Positions 8,500 to 17,277 of a DNA stretch of 64,000 nt are shown here, one piece after another (the stretch's first letter is position 1; every line of letters starts with the position of its first letter). Under the pieces are notes generated by a model. The model saw only the letters and a list, made by a program, of their open reading frames with translations, was not told the DNA's origin and ran no database searches. Source of the stretch: Planctomycetota bacterium (GTDB lineage Bacteria > Planctomycetota > UBA11346); NCBI GenBank assembly GCA_028280785.1, contig JANQLF010000278.1, positions 2,671 through 66,670 of the forward strand. The letters run 5' to 3'. A program made the translations under genes and the position numbers.

Positions 8500-9741
8500 C
8501 TATTTGATTTTGTACAGGTGCGTTCCCCAAGCTGCAAAGTCATCGACTATCTTCCCATCTTTGACCGGAACAGTGCGGCTCTCATTGATAACTTCAGCGG
8601 TTCCTGATGTGAGTCCTTTGATGCTGATGGTTGCCGATCCTGCTTTGCCCGCTCGTTCAACTGCAAAGACATAGGTAGCGCCGCCATGCTTGCGTGCACC
8701 CAGGTCGAGATTGGCCCCTGCTGCACTGACTAGGTCGTTACGCTCTTTGCTGTTGATGACCGCTGCCAGGCTGTGCAATTCTTCGTTGATGGCTTTGACC
8801 TGCTTGCCGATCTGTGGGTCGTCGAGTGGCATTTTTTCACTTAGCAACTTTTTGTTCTTCCAACGGTGAACAAACCAGAAAATGCCCTTGGCACCGTGAT
8901 TAATCGACATCCATATTTGGGCGCGCTGCTCAGCCTGATTGGCGAGGCGGTCTTCGCCAAATCCAGCTTCTATGGCTACCATGAGGGGACGCTTATCGCT
9001 GCCCCATTTTTTGAGCGCGCTCACCCCATCGCCAGTGAGATAAAGTTTGTCGTGGTATCCGTAGGCCACTGGATAGATGTCGTAGGTGACGCAGTCCGAA
9101 CCCTTGATGTATTCTGGATACTCCCAGGTCTTGCCGCTGCGATCACCACGACCAGCAAGTTTTCCGTTAAGCGCCACACCCTTAGAGAGCTGTAGGTAAA
9201 CCGGTCGCTTAGTGTCAATTTTCTTGTAGCGCTTGTAGTCAGCCTGGATGTCGTTGATCGGATGTGCCCCCATGCCCCAACCGTTGTACTCGTTGTTGTC
9301 GAGATCGAGTTCCTTGTAGATCTCGGGCCACTTCTCTTTGATGATCTGCTTGCCCTTTGGCCCCTTGAGTAATTTGCGAGGATAGACATGGGCCAGATCT
9401 GGCTCATCGCGATGCATCCAACCGACCACAATCTTCTCATCGAGGAGGCTTTTTTGTGCGTACTCGTTGAGTTGACATATGACATACATGTCATGCTTTT
9501 TGAGGCCAGCAATTTGCTCAGCTGTCGGTCCTGCCCAGAGCCCATAGTAAAAATTAACCCCCATAGCTTTGTACTTAGCCGCATTGGCCGGCGACTGAGT
9601 CCACACCCCTATTGGGAAAAAGTTCTCGTCTTTGGGAAAGGTATGTTCGAATTCGCTAAACACGGTCGGTCCTTCGCTGCCATGCATACTCGATGCAATC
9701 GTCAAAAGCAGGCTGGTCATCAGTGCAAAAGTGAGCTTCAT
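8500..9741 (-). CDS. Secreted protein, possibly a glycoside-hydrolase-like TIM barrel
   Basis: The signal peptide MKLTFALMTSLLLTIASSMHG begins at ATG 9741. GWMHRDEPD resembles the clan GH-A acid/base strand, but the function is not established. Confidence 0.5.
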   Translation of the reverse strand: MKLTFALMTSLLLTIASSMHGSEGPTVFSEFEHTFPKDENFFPIGVWTQSPANAAKYKAMGVNFYYGLWAGPTAEQIAGLKKHDMYVICQLNEYAQKSLLDEKIVVGWMHRDEPDLAHVYPRKLLKGPKGKQIIKEKWPEIYKELDLDNNEYNGWGMGAHPINDIQADYKRYKKIDTKRPVYLQLSKGVALNGKLAGRGDRSGKTWEYPEYIKGSDCVTYDIYPVAYGYHDKLYLTGDGVSALKKWGSDKRPLMVAIEAGFGEDRLANQAEQRAQIWMSINHGAKGIFWFVHRWKNKKLLSEKMPLDDPQIGKQVKAINEELHSLAAVINSKERNDLVSAAGANLDLGARKHGGATYVFAVERAGKAGSATISIKGLTSGTAEVINESRTVPVKDGKIVDDFAAWGTHLYKIK

Positions 9742-9904
9742 TGCTGTCTCCGGATGCTTAATGCAGGCAAGATGGTGCTGTGACTGGGTAACACGTGTTA
9801 CTTTGCATGCAATTCTTTTTGTAAACATGTAAGTATAATATATTCATTGGCTTATAATAGAAATAGGTCTGTATGAACCCCTTGCTTGCGGTCTCTCTTT
9901 CGAT

Positions 9905-9920
9905 TGTTCCACGTGGAACA
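9905..9920. promoter_or_regulatory. parS: parS centromere-like site 1
   Basis: tgttccacgtggaaca is a perfect 16-bp palindrome. It differs by one base from the classical TGTTCCACGTGAAACA consensus and lies about 130 bp upstream of parA. Confidence 0.85.
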
Positions 9921-9955
9921 TCTGTGCACACTCACAGGGCCTCTCATACCCCAAT

Positions 9956-9971
9956 TGTTCCACGTGGAACA
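9956..9971. promoter_or_regulatory. parS: parS centromere-like site 2
   Basis: This is an identical tgttccacgtggaaca copy 51 bp after site 1. Both sites share the flanks attgttccacgtggaacat. Confidence 0.85.
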
Positions 9972-10047
9972 TAGCGCTGCTTGCTCCCCCAGTATTCCAG
10001 TCGCCATTACTCTAGACAGCCCTTTGGCTCTATTAGACTCCGCCCCA

Positions 10048-10785
10048 ATGGCTGATTGTATAACCGTTGCCAACCAAAAAGGCGGGGTCGGAAAGACCAC
10101 AACCGTCATCAATCTGGCTGCCTATATTGCTAAGGCAGGCAAGCGCTGCCTGGTAATTGATAACGATCCACAAGGCAATGCCTCCTCTGTTCTCGCTCCA
10201 GATTACGAGGGCCCCTGTGTCTATGGATCTGCCACGCCTGTTAAAACTCGCATAGCAAACCTCGATGTGATTCCATGTGGAGCTGACCTCTCAGACTATG
10301 AATTGCGCCTGCAACAGGACTCCCAGTCAGTACGCGTCATGCAGTCATTGCTCGCTGATATAAGGGACCTATACGACGTCATCCTCATCGATTGCCCTCC
10401 AAATCTCAATATTTTGTCAATAAATGCCCTTTTAGCCTCGAACAAGGTGCTTATTCCCATCCAATGTGAGTACTATGCCATGGAAGGTTTGAGCCAAATG
10501 CTGGGCAGCTTAGAGAGCATAGAACACGATTTCGCCCATTCCGTAGGCTTGGCAGGTATTCTTTTGACCATGTACGAGGACTATTTAGCCTTAAATCAGC
10601 AGGTTGTATCCGAATTACGCCAGCATTTTCCGAATCAGGTTTTTCAGACATTGATTCCCCGTGATGTTGCTTTGGCCGCCGCACCGAGCCATAGCAATAC
10701 TATTTGTGAGTATGATCCGTTGAGCCAAGGCAGTGTTGCCTACTTAGCGGCAGCGAAGGAGCTTCTCGATGGTCTTCGGGTCTAA
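10048..10785 (+). CDS. parA: Chromosome partitioning ATPase ParA/Soj
   Basis: It carries the deviant Walker A motif VANQKGGVGKTTT, plus VIDNDPQGNAS and ILIDCPP. ATG 10048 was chosen because the track start 9886 would translate through both parS sites. Confidence 0.9.
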   Translation: MADCITVANQKGGVGKTTTVINLAAYIAKAGKRCLVIDNDPQGNASSVLAPDYEGPCVYGSATPVKTRIANLDVIPCGADLSDYELRLQQDSQSVRVMQSLLADIRDLYDVILIDCPPNLNILSINALLASNKVLIPIQCEYYAMEGLSQMLGSLESIEHDFAHSVGLAGILLTMYEDYLALNQQVVSELRQHFPNQVFQTLIPRDVALAAAPSHSNTICEYDPLSQGSVAYLAAAKELLDGLRV

Positions 10786-11713
10786 GAAGAAACAAAAGCC
10801 AGGCATGGTGAATCCCGAATTGGGAAAAAGTATTCAAAATGTTCTAAAAAATACGCCAAAAAAAGGCGAAAAAAATCAAGACGGCTATGTGATGGTTGAG
10901 CTCTCTTTGATCCGTCCCCCCGCGGAAAATCCGCGTAAACAGTTTTCCGATAAAGACTTAGAAGAATTATCCGAGTCAATCCGTGAACATGGAATTATTC
11001 AGCCTATAGTAGTGGTGAGACAGGGTGCTGCGGGCTACGAAATCGTCTCTGGCGAGCGTCGCTACCGTGCTTCCAAGCTTTTGGGCCTCCAACAAGTCCC
11101 TGTTGTCATCAGAACCAATGACGATGACCAAAGCCTTTCAGAAATTCGGCTCATCGAAAATATTCAACGTGCCGATTTAAATCCGATCGAGGTAGCCGTT
11201 GCCTACCGTAAGTTAATAGATGATTACAAACTGACTCAAGATGATTTGAGCAGGCGCGTCGGCAAGAGCCGGGCGAGCATCGCCAACAGCATGCGCCTCT
11301 TATCATTGCCGAAGCAACTCCTCGATGCGTTAGCTGATGGCAGTCTGAGCACCGGCCACGCTAAAGCGATCTTGTCCCTCGACGATGAAGATGCGCAACT
11401 CAGTTTAGGACGCCAAGTCATCATCAACAAACTGAGCGTGCGCGAGACTGAAGAGCTAGCCAAGGAGAAGGATCGCAAATCGTTCACTACGGTGGTCAGC
11501 AAACGCAAAAAGAAGAGTCCTGAAATTAAGGAAGTAGAGGGGGACATGACCCGCATTCTTGGACGCAAGGTCAAAGTGAAGTACAACGAGAAAACCGGCA
11601 AGGGCTCGGTCACGCTCAACTTCGCATCGAAGAATGACTTCAACGATCTCTACAAGCTGCTTCAGAAAGCAAAAGACAATAAGTCTGGTGGCCTGCTTCC
11701 AGACTACGATTAA
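10769..11713 (+). CDS. parB: Chromosome partitioning protein ParB/Spo0J
   Basis: It has the ParB box GIIQPIVVV...YEIVSGERRYRASKLLG and the HTH region LTQDDLSRRVGKSRASIANSMRLL. It overlaps the parA stop. Confidence 0.9.
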   Translation: MVFGSKKKQKPGMVNPELGKSIQNVLKNTPKKGEKNQDGYVMVELSLIRPPAENPRKQFSDKDLEELSESIREHGIIQPIVVVRQGAAGYEIVSGERRYRASKLLGLQQVPVVIRTNDDDQSLSEIRLIENIQRADLNPIEVAVAYRKLIDDYKLTQDDLSRRVGKSRASIANSMRLLSLPKQLLDALADGSLSTGHAKAILSLDDEDAQLSLGRQVIINKLSVRETEELAKEKDRKSFTTVVSKRKKKSPEIKEVEGDMTRILGRKVKVKYNEKTGKGSVTLNFASKNDFNDLYKLLQKAKDNKSGGLLPDYD

Positions 11714-11734
11714 AGCCCTTAGAAGGAATCACTC

Positions 11735-12292
11735 ATGAAATTCATAAACCTAATCATTATTCTCAGCATCGTTATCCTCAGCTCATGTAGTGGTGAGAAG
11801 AACTCTGGTGGTGGGGTAACGATAGCTGACATGATCGAAGCTGAGGCTGGTACAGCTGCAGCACAGACCATTTCGTTACAATGGGGTAATGACACCGTCG
11901 CTGGCATTACCGTCGTTAATGGCGTCGATACGAGCGCTCAAATGGATCTCTCGATCACCTATGACGCTGGTAATCGATTTAACATCACTGGCTGGAACGT
12001 CGAAGGGTCTGCTGATAATCCAACCGTTACGGGATCGGGGTCTGCAACCTACGATTATATAACCGATACGTTTACGATCGTCGCAAGCGGTTCACTTACT
12101 GATACGACGCCAGATACCGTCACCTTCACGATGACCATCACGGTACCAAGTGTCGCGTTAAATACGCTTTCTCAGGCAAGCAAATATGATGCTGCTGATA
12201 ATGCCAGTATCGGCATCTCAATTACCTACGATCCGGGTGGTGCTTCTGAGAGAACAGATGTGTTCACGGTTTCAGCAGGTGTAGGCGTCTAA
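11735..12292 (+). CDS. Lipoprotein, Thr/Gly-rich, unknown function
   Basis: It has a signal peptide with the lipobox ILSSCSG. A strong terminator follows. Confidence 0.55.
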   Translation: MKFINLIIILSIVILSSCSGEKNSGGGVTIADMIEAEAGTAAAQTISLQWGNDTVAGITVVNGVDTSAQMDLSITYDAGNRFNITGWNVEGSADNPTVTGSGSATYDYITDTFTIVASGSLTDTTPDTVTFTMTITVPSVALNTLSQASKYDAADNASIGISITYDPGGASERTDVFTVSAGVGV

Positions 12293-12320
12293 CAGTATTT
12301 AGTTTATTTGTTTCCATTAA

Positions 12321-12355
12321 AAAACCCCGGCGCATCAACGCCGGGGTTTTGTTTT
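12321..12355. terminator. Bidirectional rho-independent terminator
   Basis: In aaaaccccggcg-catcaa-cgccggggttttgtttt, an 8-bp GC stem is flanked by an A-run and a T-run. It lies between the convergent lipoprotein gene and ppdK. Confidence 0.85.
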
Positions 12356-12368
12356 GGTAACTCAATTC

Positions 12369-15251
12369 TTAGCGCTTGGCTTTTTTAGCCTTCGCTTTTT
12401 TCTTTGCCGGTTTTTTAGCCGCTTTTTTCTTTTTGCCGCCGAGTTTAACACCTGCTTTGACAGCAGCCTTCGCAGCAGCCAAACGTGCAACAGGTACACG
12501 GAATGGGCTACAGCTGACGTAGGTTAAACCAACGCCGTGGCAGAATTCGATAGAAGCAGGATCGCCGCCGTGCTCACCACAGATACCAAGTTTGATGTCT
12601 GGACGAGTACTGCGACCGCCTTCAACACCAGCTTGGACCAATTTACCAACACCGGTTTGATCAAGCGAGGCAAATGGGTTGTTATCAACGATGGCAACTT
12701 CTGGTTTCTCGTAGTGAGGGAGGAAGGTACCAGCATCGTCACGCGACATACCCAAACAGGTTTGAGTTAAGTCATTGGTGCCAAAGCTGAAGAATTCAGC
12801 GTGCTCAGCTACTTCATCAGCGGTCAAAGCAGCGCGTGGAATTTCAACCATGGTGCCCACTTTGTATGGGATCTTGGTTTTAGCTGCAGCCATTTCTTCT
12901 TTGGCTACGCTATGCACGATGTCGAGTTGGAGTTCCAACTCACGGGCAAAGCCAACCAACGGAATCATGATTTCTGGTTGTGGTTTCTTCTTGGTTTTCT
13001 TGGCTACAGAAATCGCGGCTTTAATGATAGCGCGGGTCTGCATTTCAGAAATTTCAGGATAAACCACACCTAAACGACAGCCACGATGGCCAAGCATTGG
13101 GTTGCTCTCATGCAATGCTGCACAGCGATTTTCTACGTCGCCAACAGAAATGCCTAGTTTTTCAGCAAGGTCACGTTTTTGTTCTGGTGTTTGTGGTAAG
13201 AATTCGTGAAGTGGTGGGTCTAAGTAACGAACGGTAACTGGGCGACCGTCCATTGCTTTGAACAGACCTTCGAAGTCTTTTTGCTGAATTGGTTGTAATT
13301 TTTTAAGTGAATTATTGAAATGCTTAATCGCACCATCGTATTCATTGCGCAGTACTTTTTCATTACCGCCAGCAGCAAGTTTATCTTTAAATTCGCTGTA
13401 TTCGGCAGCGTACATAATTAATTCACGAACGTGGTCGATACGATCGCCTTCGAAGAACATATGCTCGGTACGGCAGAGACCGATACCTTCTGCACCAAAA
13501 GCAACAGCGTTACTTGCTTGATCAGGTTGGTCAGCGTTAGTACGAATACCAAGAACGCGCGCTTTATCAGCAAGCTTCATGACAAAGTCATAATATTTGA
13601 ATAATTCAGATTTGTTTGGTTTGAGTGATTTATCAACCAAGACCTGAATTAATTCAGATGGAGCTGTTTCGATCTTACCAGCAAAGATGTCACCGGTTGA
13701 ACCGTTAATCGAAATGAATTCACCTTCTTTGATGGTGGTACCACCAGCAGCGAGGGTGCCCTTCTTGTAGTCGATCAAGACATCGCCAGCACCAGCGACA
13801 CAGACCTTACCCATTTGACGGGCAACAACCGCAGCGTGTGAAGAAACACCGCCTTTGGCCGTTAAGATACCGTTTGCCGCAATCATACCGCGGAGGTCTT
13901 CAGGACTGGTTTCGATACGAGCAAGTACAACAGGACCATGCTTAGCAAACTCTTCGGCTTTTTCGGCCGTAAGTGCAAGTAAACCAGAAGCGGCGCCTGG
14001 GCCAGCAGGTAAACCGACTGCAATTTTTGAACCATCTTTAAGAGCCGTTGCCAAACCTTTTGCTTCAAAAATTGGAGCAAGCAGCTGCTCGATAGCTTCT
14101 GGATCAGCAGAAGAAATCGCGTGCTCTGGGCTCATTAATTTTTGCTTCACCATATCGTGAGCAATTTTTACGTAAGCTTGCGCGGTACGCTTACCATTAC
14201 GTGTTTGGAGTAAGAACAGTTCTTTATTTTCGATAGTGAATTCGAAGTCTTGTACATCACCGAATTCTTTTTCGAGTTTCTTGCGAACGGCTTCGAGTTC
14301 TTTGTGGGTTTTCTTCCAGTTGGCGTCTTTTGCCATATCGGCAATTGCCAATGGTGTACGAATACCAGCAACCACGTCTTCACCTTGCGCGTTAACAAGA
14401 TACTCACCGTAGAATTCGTTCACACCGTTTGCTGGGTTACGGGTAAAGGCAACACCAGTTGCACTGTCTTCGCCCATGTTACCGAATACCATCGATTGAA
14501 CGTTAACCGCTGTACCCCATTCCGCAGGAATGTTGTATTTTGCACGGTATAGAATAGCGCGGTCATTCATCCATGAACTAAATACCGCACCGATAGCGCC
14601 TTCAAGTTGCTTATTCACATCTTGTGGGAAAGCCTTACCAGTATGCTTTTTAATTAACTTAACAAAACCATTAATAACTTGGCGCAAGGCTTCTTCGTTG
14701 AGATCAACGTCTTCTTTGGCACCAACTTTATGTTTTACTTCTTCAAGAATTTCTTCAAACGGATCTTCTTCGTTATCATCTTTCTTTTGCACGCCCATAA
14801 CCACGTCGCCGTACATTTGAATAAAGCGACGATAGCAGTCATAAGCAAAACGACCGTCGTTGGTCAATGCTTTGAGACCTTCAACGGTTCTATCATTTAA
14901 ACCAAGATTAAGAACAGTATCCATCATACCTGGCATCGATTCACGCGCACCAGAACGTACCGCTACTAATAATGGATTCTTAGCATCGCCAAATTTTTTC
15001 TTTTGAACCTTTTCCATTTTCTTGATCGCGGCTGCAATTTCAGCCTTCAAGGTTTTTGGATACTTACGGCCATTGTCGTAGTAATAGGTGCAAACTTCTG
15101 TGGTAATAGTCAAACCAGATGGGACGTTAAATCCACGGCGACACATTTCGGCAAGGTTACAGCCCTTACCACCGAGTAAGTTCTTTAATTTTGCGCTTCC
15201 GTCGGCTTTACCGCCACCGAAGAAGTAAACATTTTTCTTGGCCTTGGCCAT
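12369..15251 (-). CDS. ppdK: Pyruvate, phosphate dikinase with an unusual Lys/Ala-rich C-terminal tail
   Basis: The protein is PPDK-like along its full length: N-terminal ATP-grasp ([26 protein letters not shown]), phosphohistidine motif [12 protein letters not shown], and PEP-utilizer TIM barrel ([11 protein letters not shown]). The last ~30 aa are [29 protein letters not shown]. Confidence 0.95.
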   Translation of the reverse strand: MAKAKKNVYFFGGGKADGSAKLKNLLGGKGCNLAEMCRRGFNVPSGLTITTEVCTYYYDNGRKYPKTLKAEIAAAIKKMEKVQKKKFGDAKNPLLVAVRSGARESMPGMMDTVLNLGLNDRTVEGLKALTNDGRFAYDCYRRFIQMYGDVVMGVQKKDDNEEDPFEEILEEVKHKVGAKEDVDLNEEALRQVINGFVKLIKKHTGKAFPQDVNKQLEGAIGAVFSSWMNDRAILYRAKYNIPAEWGTAVNVQSMVFGNMGEDSATGVAFTRNPANGVNEFYGEYLVNAQGEDVVAGIRTPLAIADMAKDANWKKTHKELEAVRKKLEKEFGDVQDFEFTIENKELFLLQTRNGKRTAQAYVKIAHDMVKQKLMSPEHAISSADPEAIEQLLAPIFEAKGLATALKDGSKIAVGLPAGPGAASGLLALTAEKAEEFAKHGPVVLARIETSPEDLRGMIAANGILTAKGGVSSHAAVVARQMGKVCVAGAGDVLIDYKKGTLAAGGTTIKEGEFISINGSTGDIFAGKIETAPSELIQVLVDKSLKPNKSELFKYYDFVMKLADKARVLGIRTNADQPDQASNAVAFGAEGIGLCRTEHMFFEGDRIDHVRELIMYAAEYSEFKDKLAAGGNEKVLRNEYDGAIKHFNNSLKKLQPIQQKDFEGLFKAMDGRPVTVRYLDPPLHEFLPQTPEQKRDLAEKLGISVGDVENRCAALHESNPMLGHRGCRLGVVYPEISEMQTRAIIKAAISVAKKTKKKPQPEIMIPLVGFARELELQLDIVHSVAKEEMAAAKTKIPYKVGTMVEIPRAALTADEVAEHAEFFSFGTNDLTQTCLGMSRDDAGTFLPHYEKPEVAIVDNNPFASLDQTGVGKLVQAGVEGGRSTRPDIKLGICGEHGGDPASIEFCHGVGLTYVSCSPFRVPVARLAAAKAAVKAGVKLGGKKKKAAKKPAKKKAKAKKAKR

Positions 15252-15504
15252 ACGATCTTCCTTGTTGCTTTTCAGGAACGACGCTAAACAGCGTCAGAGA
15301 GGAGTTTTGGATTAGTTCAAAAGGGCGCCCAAGCTACTTCCACTCCAATACTCGTCAATTGTCTCGGGGGCCTTGCCCCCAAACCCCCGCTCTCTTTGTC
15401 ATTGCTAATTTTCTACGAAAATTTCCTCGCAGGTAGCTCGGACCACTCTTCGGCGATCGCAGGCTCGAGAACTCGCCGCTCTTAACGTCGTAATCTTTAA
15501 GATT

Positions 15505-16689
15505 CTAATTAGGCAATGTTATTGGCATGATTAGGAAGCAGGAGTCGTCGCTGCGAATGATCAAACCCTTGCCAGGACCATTCAACTCGATCGTGCAATC
15601 ATCAGTGCCAAGGACTTTGAGCACCTCAGAGAGATATCCGGCGTTCATACCAATGCGCTCGTCACCACCATCAAAGGAACAGTTTATCGGAATACGCGCT
15701 GATCCAGTTGTATGATTGAGATTACTTAAGATCGCCTGACTTGCTTCTAGCTGCACGACAATTCCACGACTCGCAGCACTAGTCATCAAAGCGGTACGAC
15801 GAACACCTGAGAGCAGGTCTTTGGTCTTAAACGTAACTTTTGACTGACCACTGGTTGAAATGGCATTGCGGTAAGCTGGGTAAGAACCTTCGACTAAGCG
15901 GCTGCTCAGTTCTATTTGAATGCTACCACTGCCACCATCGCCTCCACCAATAGTACTGCGAATAAACACTATTTTCTTTTGAACACTTAACTCGACATCA
16001 TTTTTTGCGTTTGAACTGAGAATCCGATTAACGTGATTAACGGTAATCGCAGGTATAATTGCCTGTAATTCTTCATCACCGCCATATTGCTCGCTCTTAT
16101 CAACTGCTTCAGCGAGAATCTTACCATCAGTCGCGGCAAGTATCAGCTCACCATCACGTGCAGCAAGATAAACACCACTGAGCACGGCACTCGTACGATC
16201 GCGATCAACAGCAAATGAAGTCCTCTTAATCATTTGCTCAAGTGTCTGCGCTGGAACTTTGAGAATGGTACCACTATCAGGGAAGTGACTAATGGTTGGG
16301 AAAGTTTCACTAGCAATGATGGGTAGGTTGTAATCACCATCGCTCAATTTGATCTGGAGGAACTGTTGTCCATCATCGCTCATCAGATGCATATTCACAT
16401 CTGTTGAACTCGATTCTTTTAAAATACTCACCAATTGACGTGCTGGGATGATAACTTGTCCATCAGCATCAATTTCGATTCTTCTGACTATCGCTCGTAG
16501 ACCTACCTGAGTATCTGTAGCAGATACTTCCAATAGATGATCTGCTGCTTGTAGCTTCAGATTGTTCACAATTGGATTAGCACTATTATTCGGTACTACC
16601 GCATCAGCTGCCTGTAAGGCAAGTAAGAGGTCTTCACGTGGGCATCTGATTTGAAAGGTACGTTCTATAGTTAAAGATTCTTCATTCAT
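15505..16689 (-). CDS. dnaN: DNA polymerase III beta sliding clamp
   Basis: LLEVSATDTQVGLR, ILAATDGKILAE and a three-domain length of 394 aa are typical of DnaN. Confidence 0.93.
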   Translation of the reverse strand: MNEESLTIERTFQIRCPREDLLLALQAADAVVPNNSANPIVNNLKLQAADHLLEVSATDTQVGLRAIVRRIEIDADGQVIIPARQLVSILKESSSTDVNMHLMSDDGQQFLQIKLSDGDYNLPIIASETFPTISHFPDSGTILKVPAQTLEQMIKRTSFAVDRDRTSAVLSGVYLAARDGELILAATDGKILAEAVDKSEQYGGDEELQAIIPAITVNHVNRILSSNAKNDVELSVQKKIVFIRSTIGGGDGGSGSIQIELSSRLVEGSYPAYRNAISTSGQSKVTFKTKDLLSGVRRTALMTSAASRGIVVQLEASQAILSNLNHTTGSARIPINCSFDGGDERIGMNAGYLSEVLKVLGTDDCTIELNGPGKGLIIRSDDSCFLIMPITLPN

Positions 16690-17277
16690 CTATCTTCTCT
16701 ATCCCTAAAAATGTCGAAAAGTATCTAAGTCATTTTAGCACAATAAGTTACCGCACTTAAATATTCTGTAGATAATATCGATGATTTGGTCGCTAACGGT
16801 AGGATTTTGACCATGAATACAAGCAAATTGATAGGGTGTCTCGTTATTGACTAATGACGGTCAATAACGCTGAGTTTTCATCACCACAACAGATAAAAAA
16901 TTGTAAAAAAATACAGGTGTTTTGACATCCAATTTACCTGTATTCGACAGAGTTTTTGCCAAGGAAATTGTAGTGGTCAAAGACCCCTAACTCATAAGTA
17001 AGAGTAGCTTGCTATCTTATGAGACGCTGCCTTCGATAGTAGAAACTAAGGCTGTGAAAGAAACGTAGTACATATAATCTCTAGTGATAGTTTTTAGTTT
17101 ATATTATAAGTATTTAAAAATAAGTGACTTATATTTCAAGAATAGTTACCGCTTTCTTTTTAAATTACCACAATTATCTAATGTTATAACATTGTTATAT
17201 AATTATAGTACTAAAGTCACACTCTGTTTTACCTTTAGTTTAGTGGGTGTACTTAATAACAAAGGGAGGGTTTAAAT

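Noticed and set aside
9021-9584. A 187-aa alternative-frame ORF inside the 8500-9741 gene
   Set aside because: It is on the same strand in an overlapping frame, with a Ser/Thr/Arg-rich low-complexity translation. The main frame has a signal peptide and a coherent sequence.
9852-10112. An 86-aa minus-strand ORF, and the long 299-aa version of ParA starting at 9886
   Set aside because: Both would translate straight through the two parS palindromes (giving the repeated FHVEH peptide). The conserved ParA sequence begins at ATG 10048.
12524-15436. Many 60-100-aa ORFs on both strands inside ppdK (for example 12775-13062, 13855-14160, 14250-14552)
   Set aside because: They lie entirely within a confidently identified 960-aa gene. 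They have low-complexity translations typical of off-frame readings and have no start context.
16690-17277. oriC between dnaN and the beta-helix gene
   Set aside because: The gap is AT-rich and adjacent to dnaN. However, I could find only one 1-mismatch DnaA box (TGTAGATAA) and no cluster, and dnaA is absent. It is kept only as an open question in the findings.
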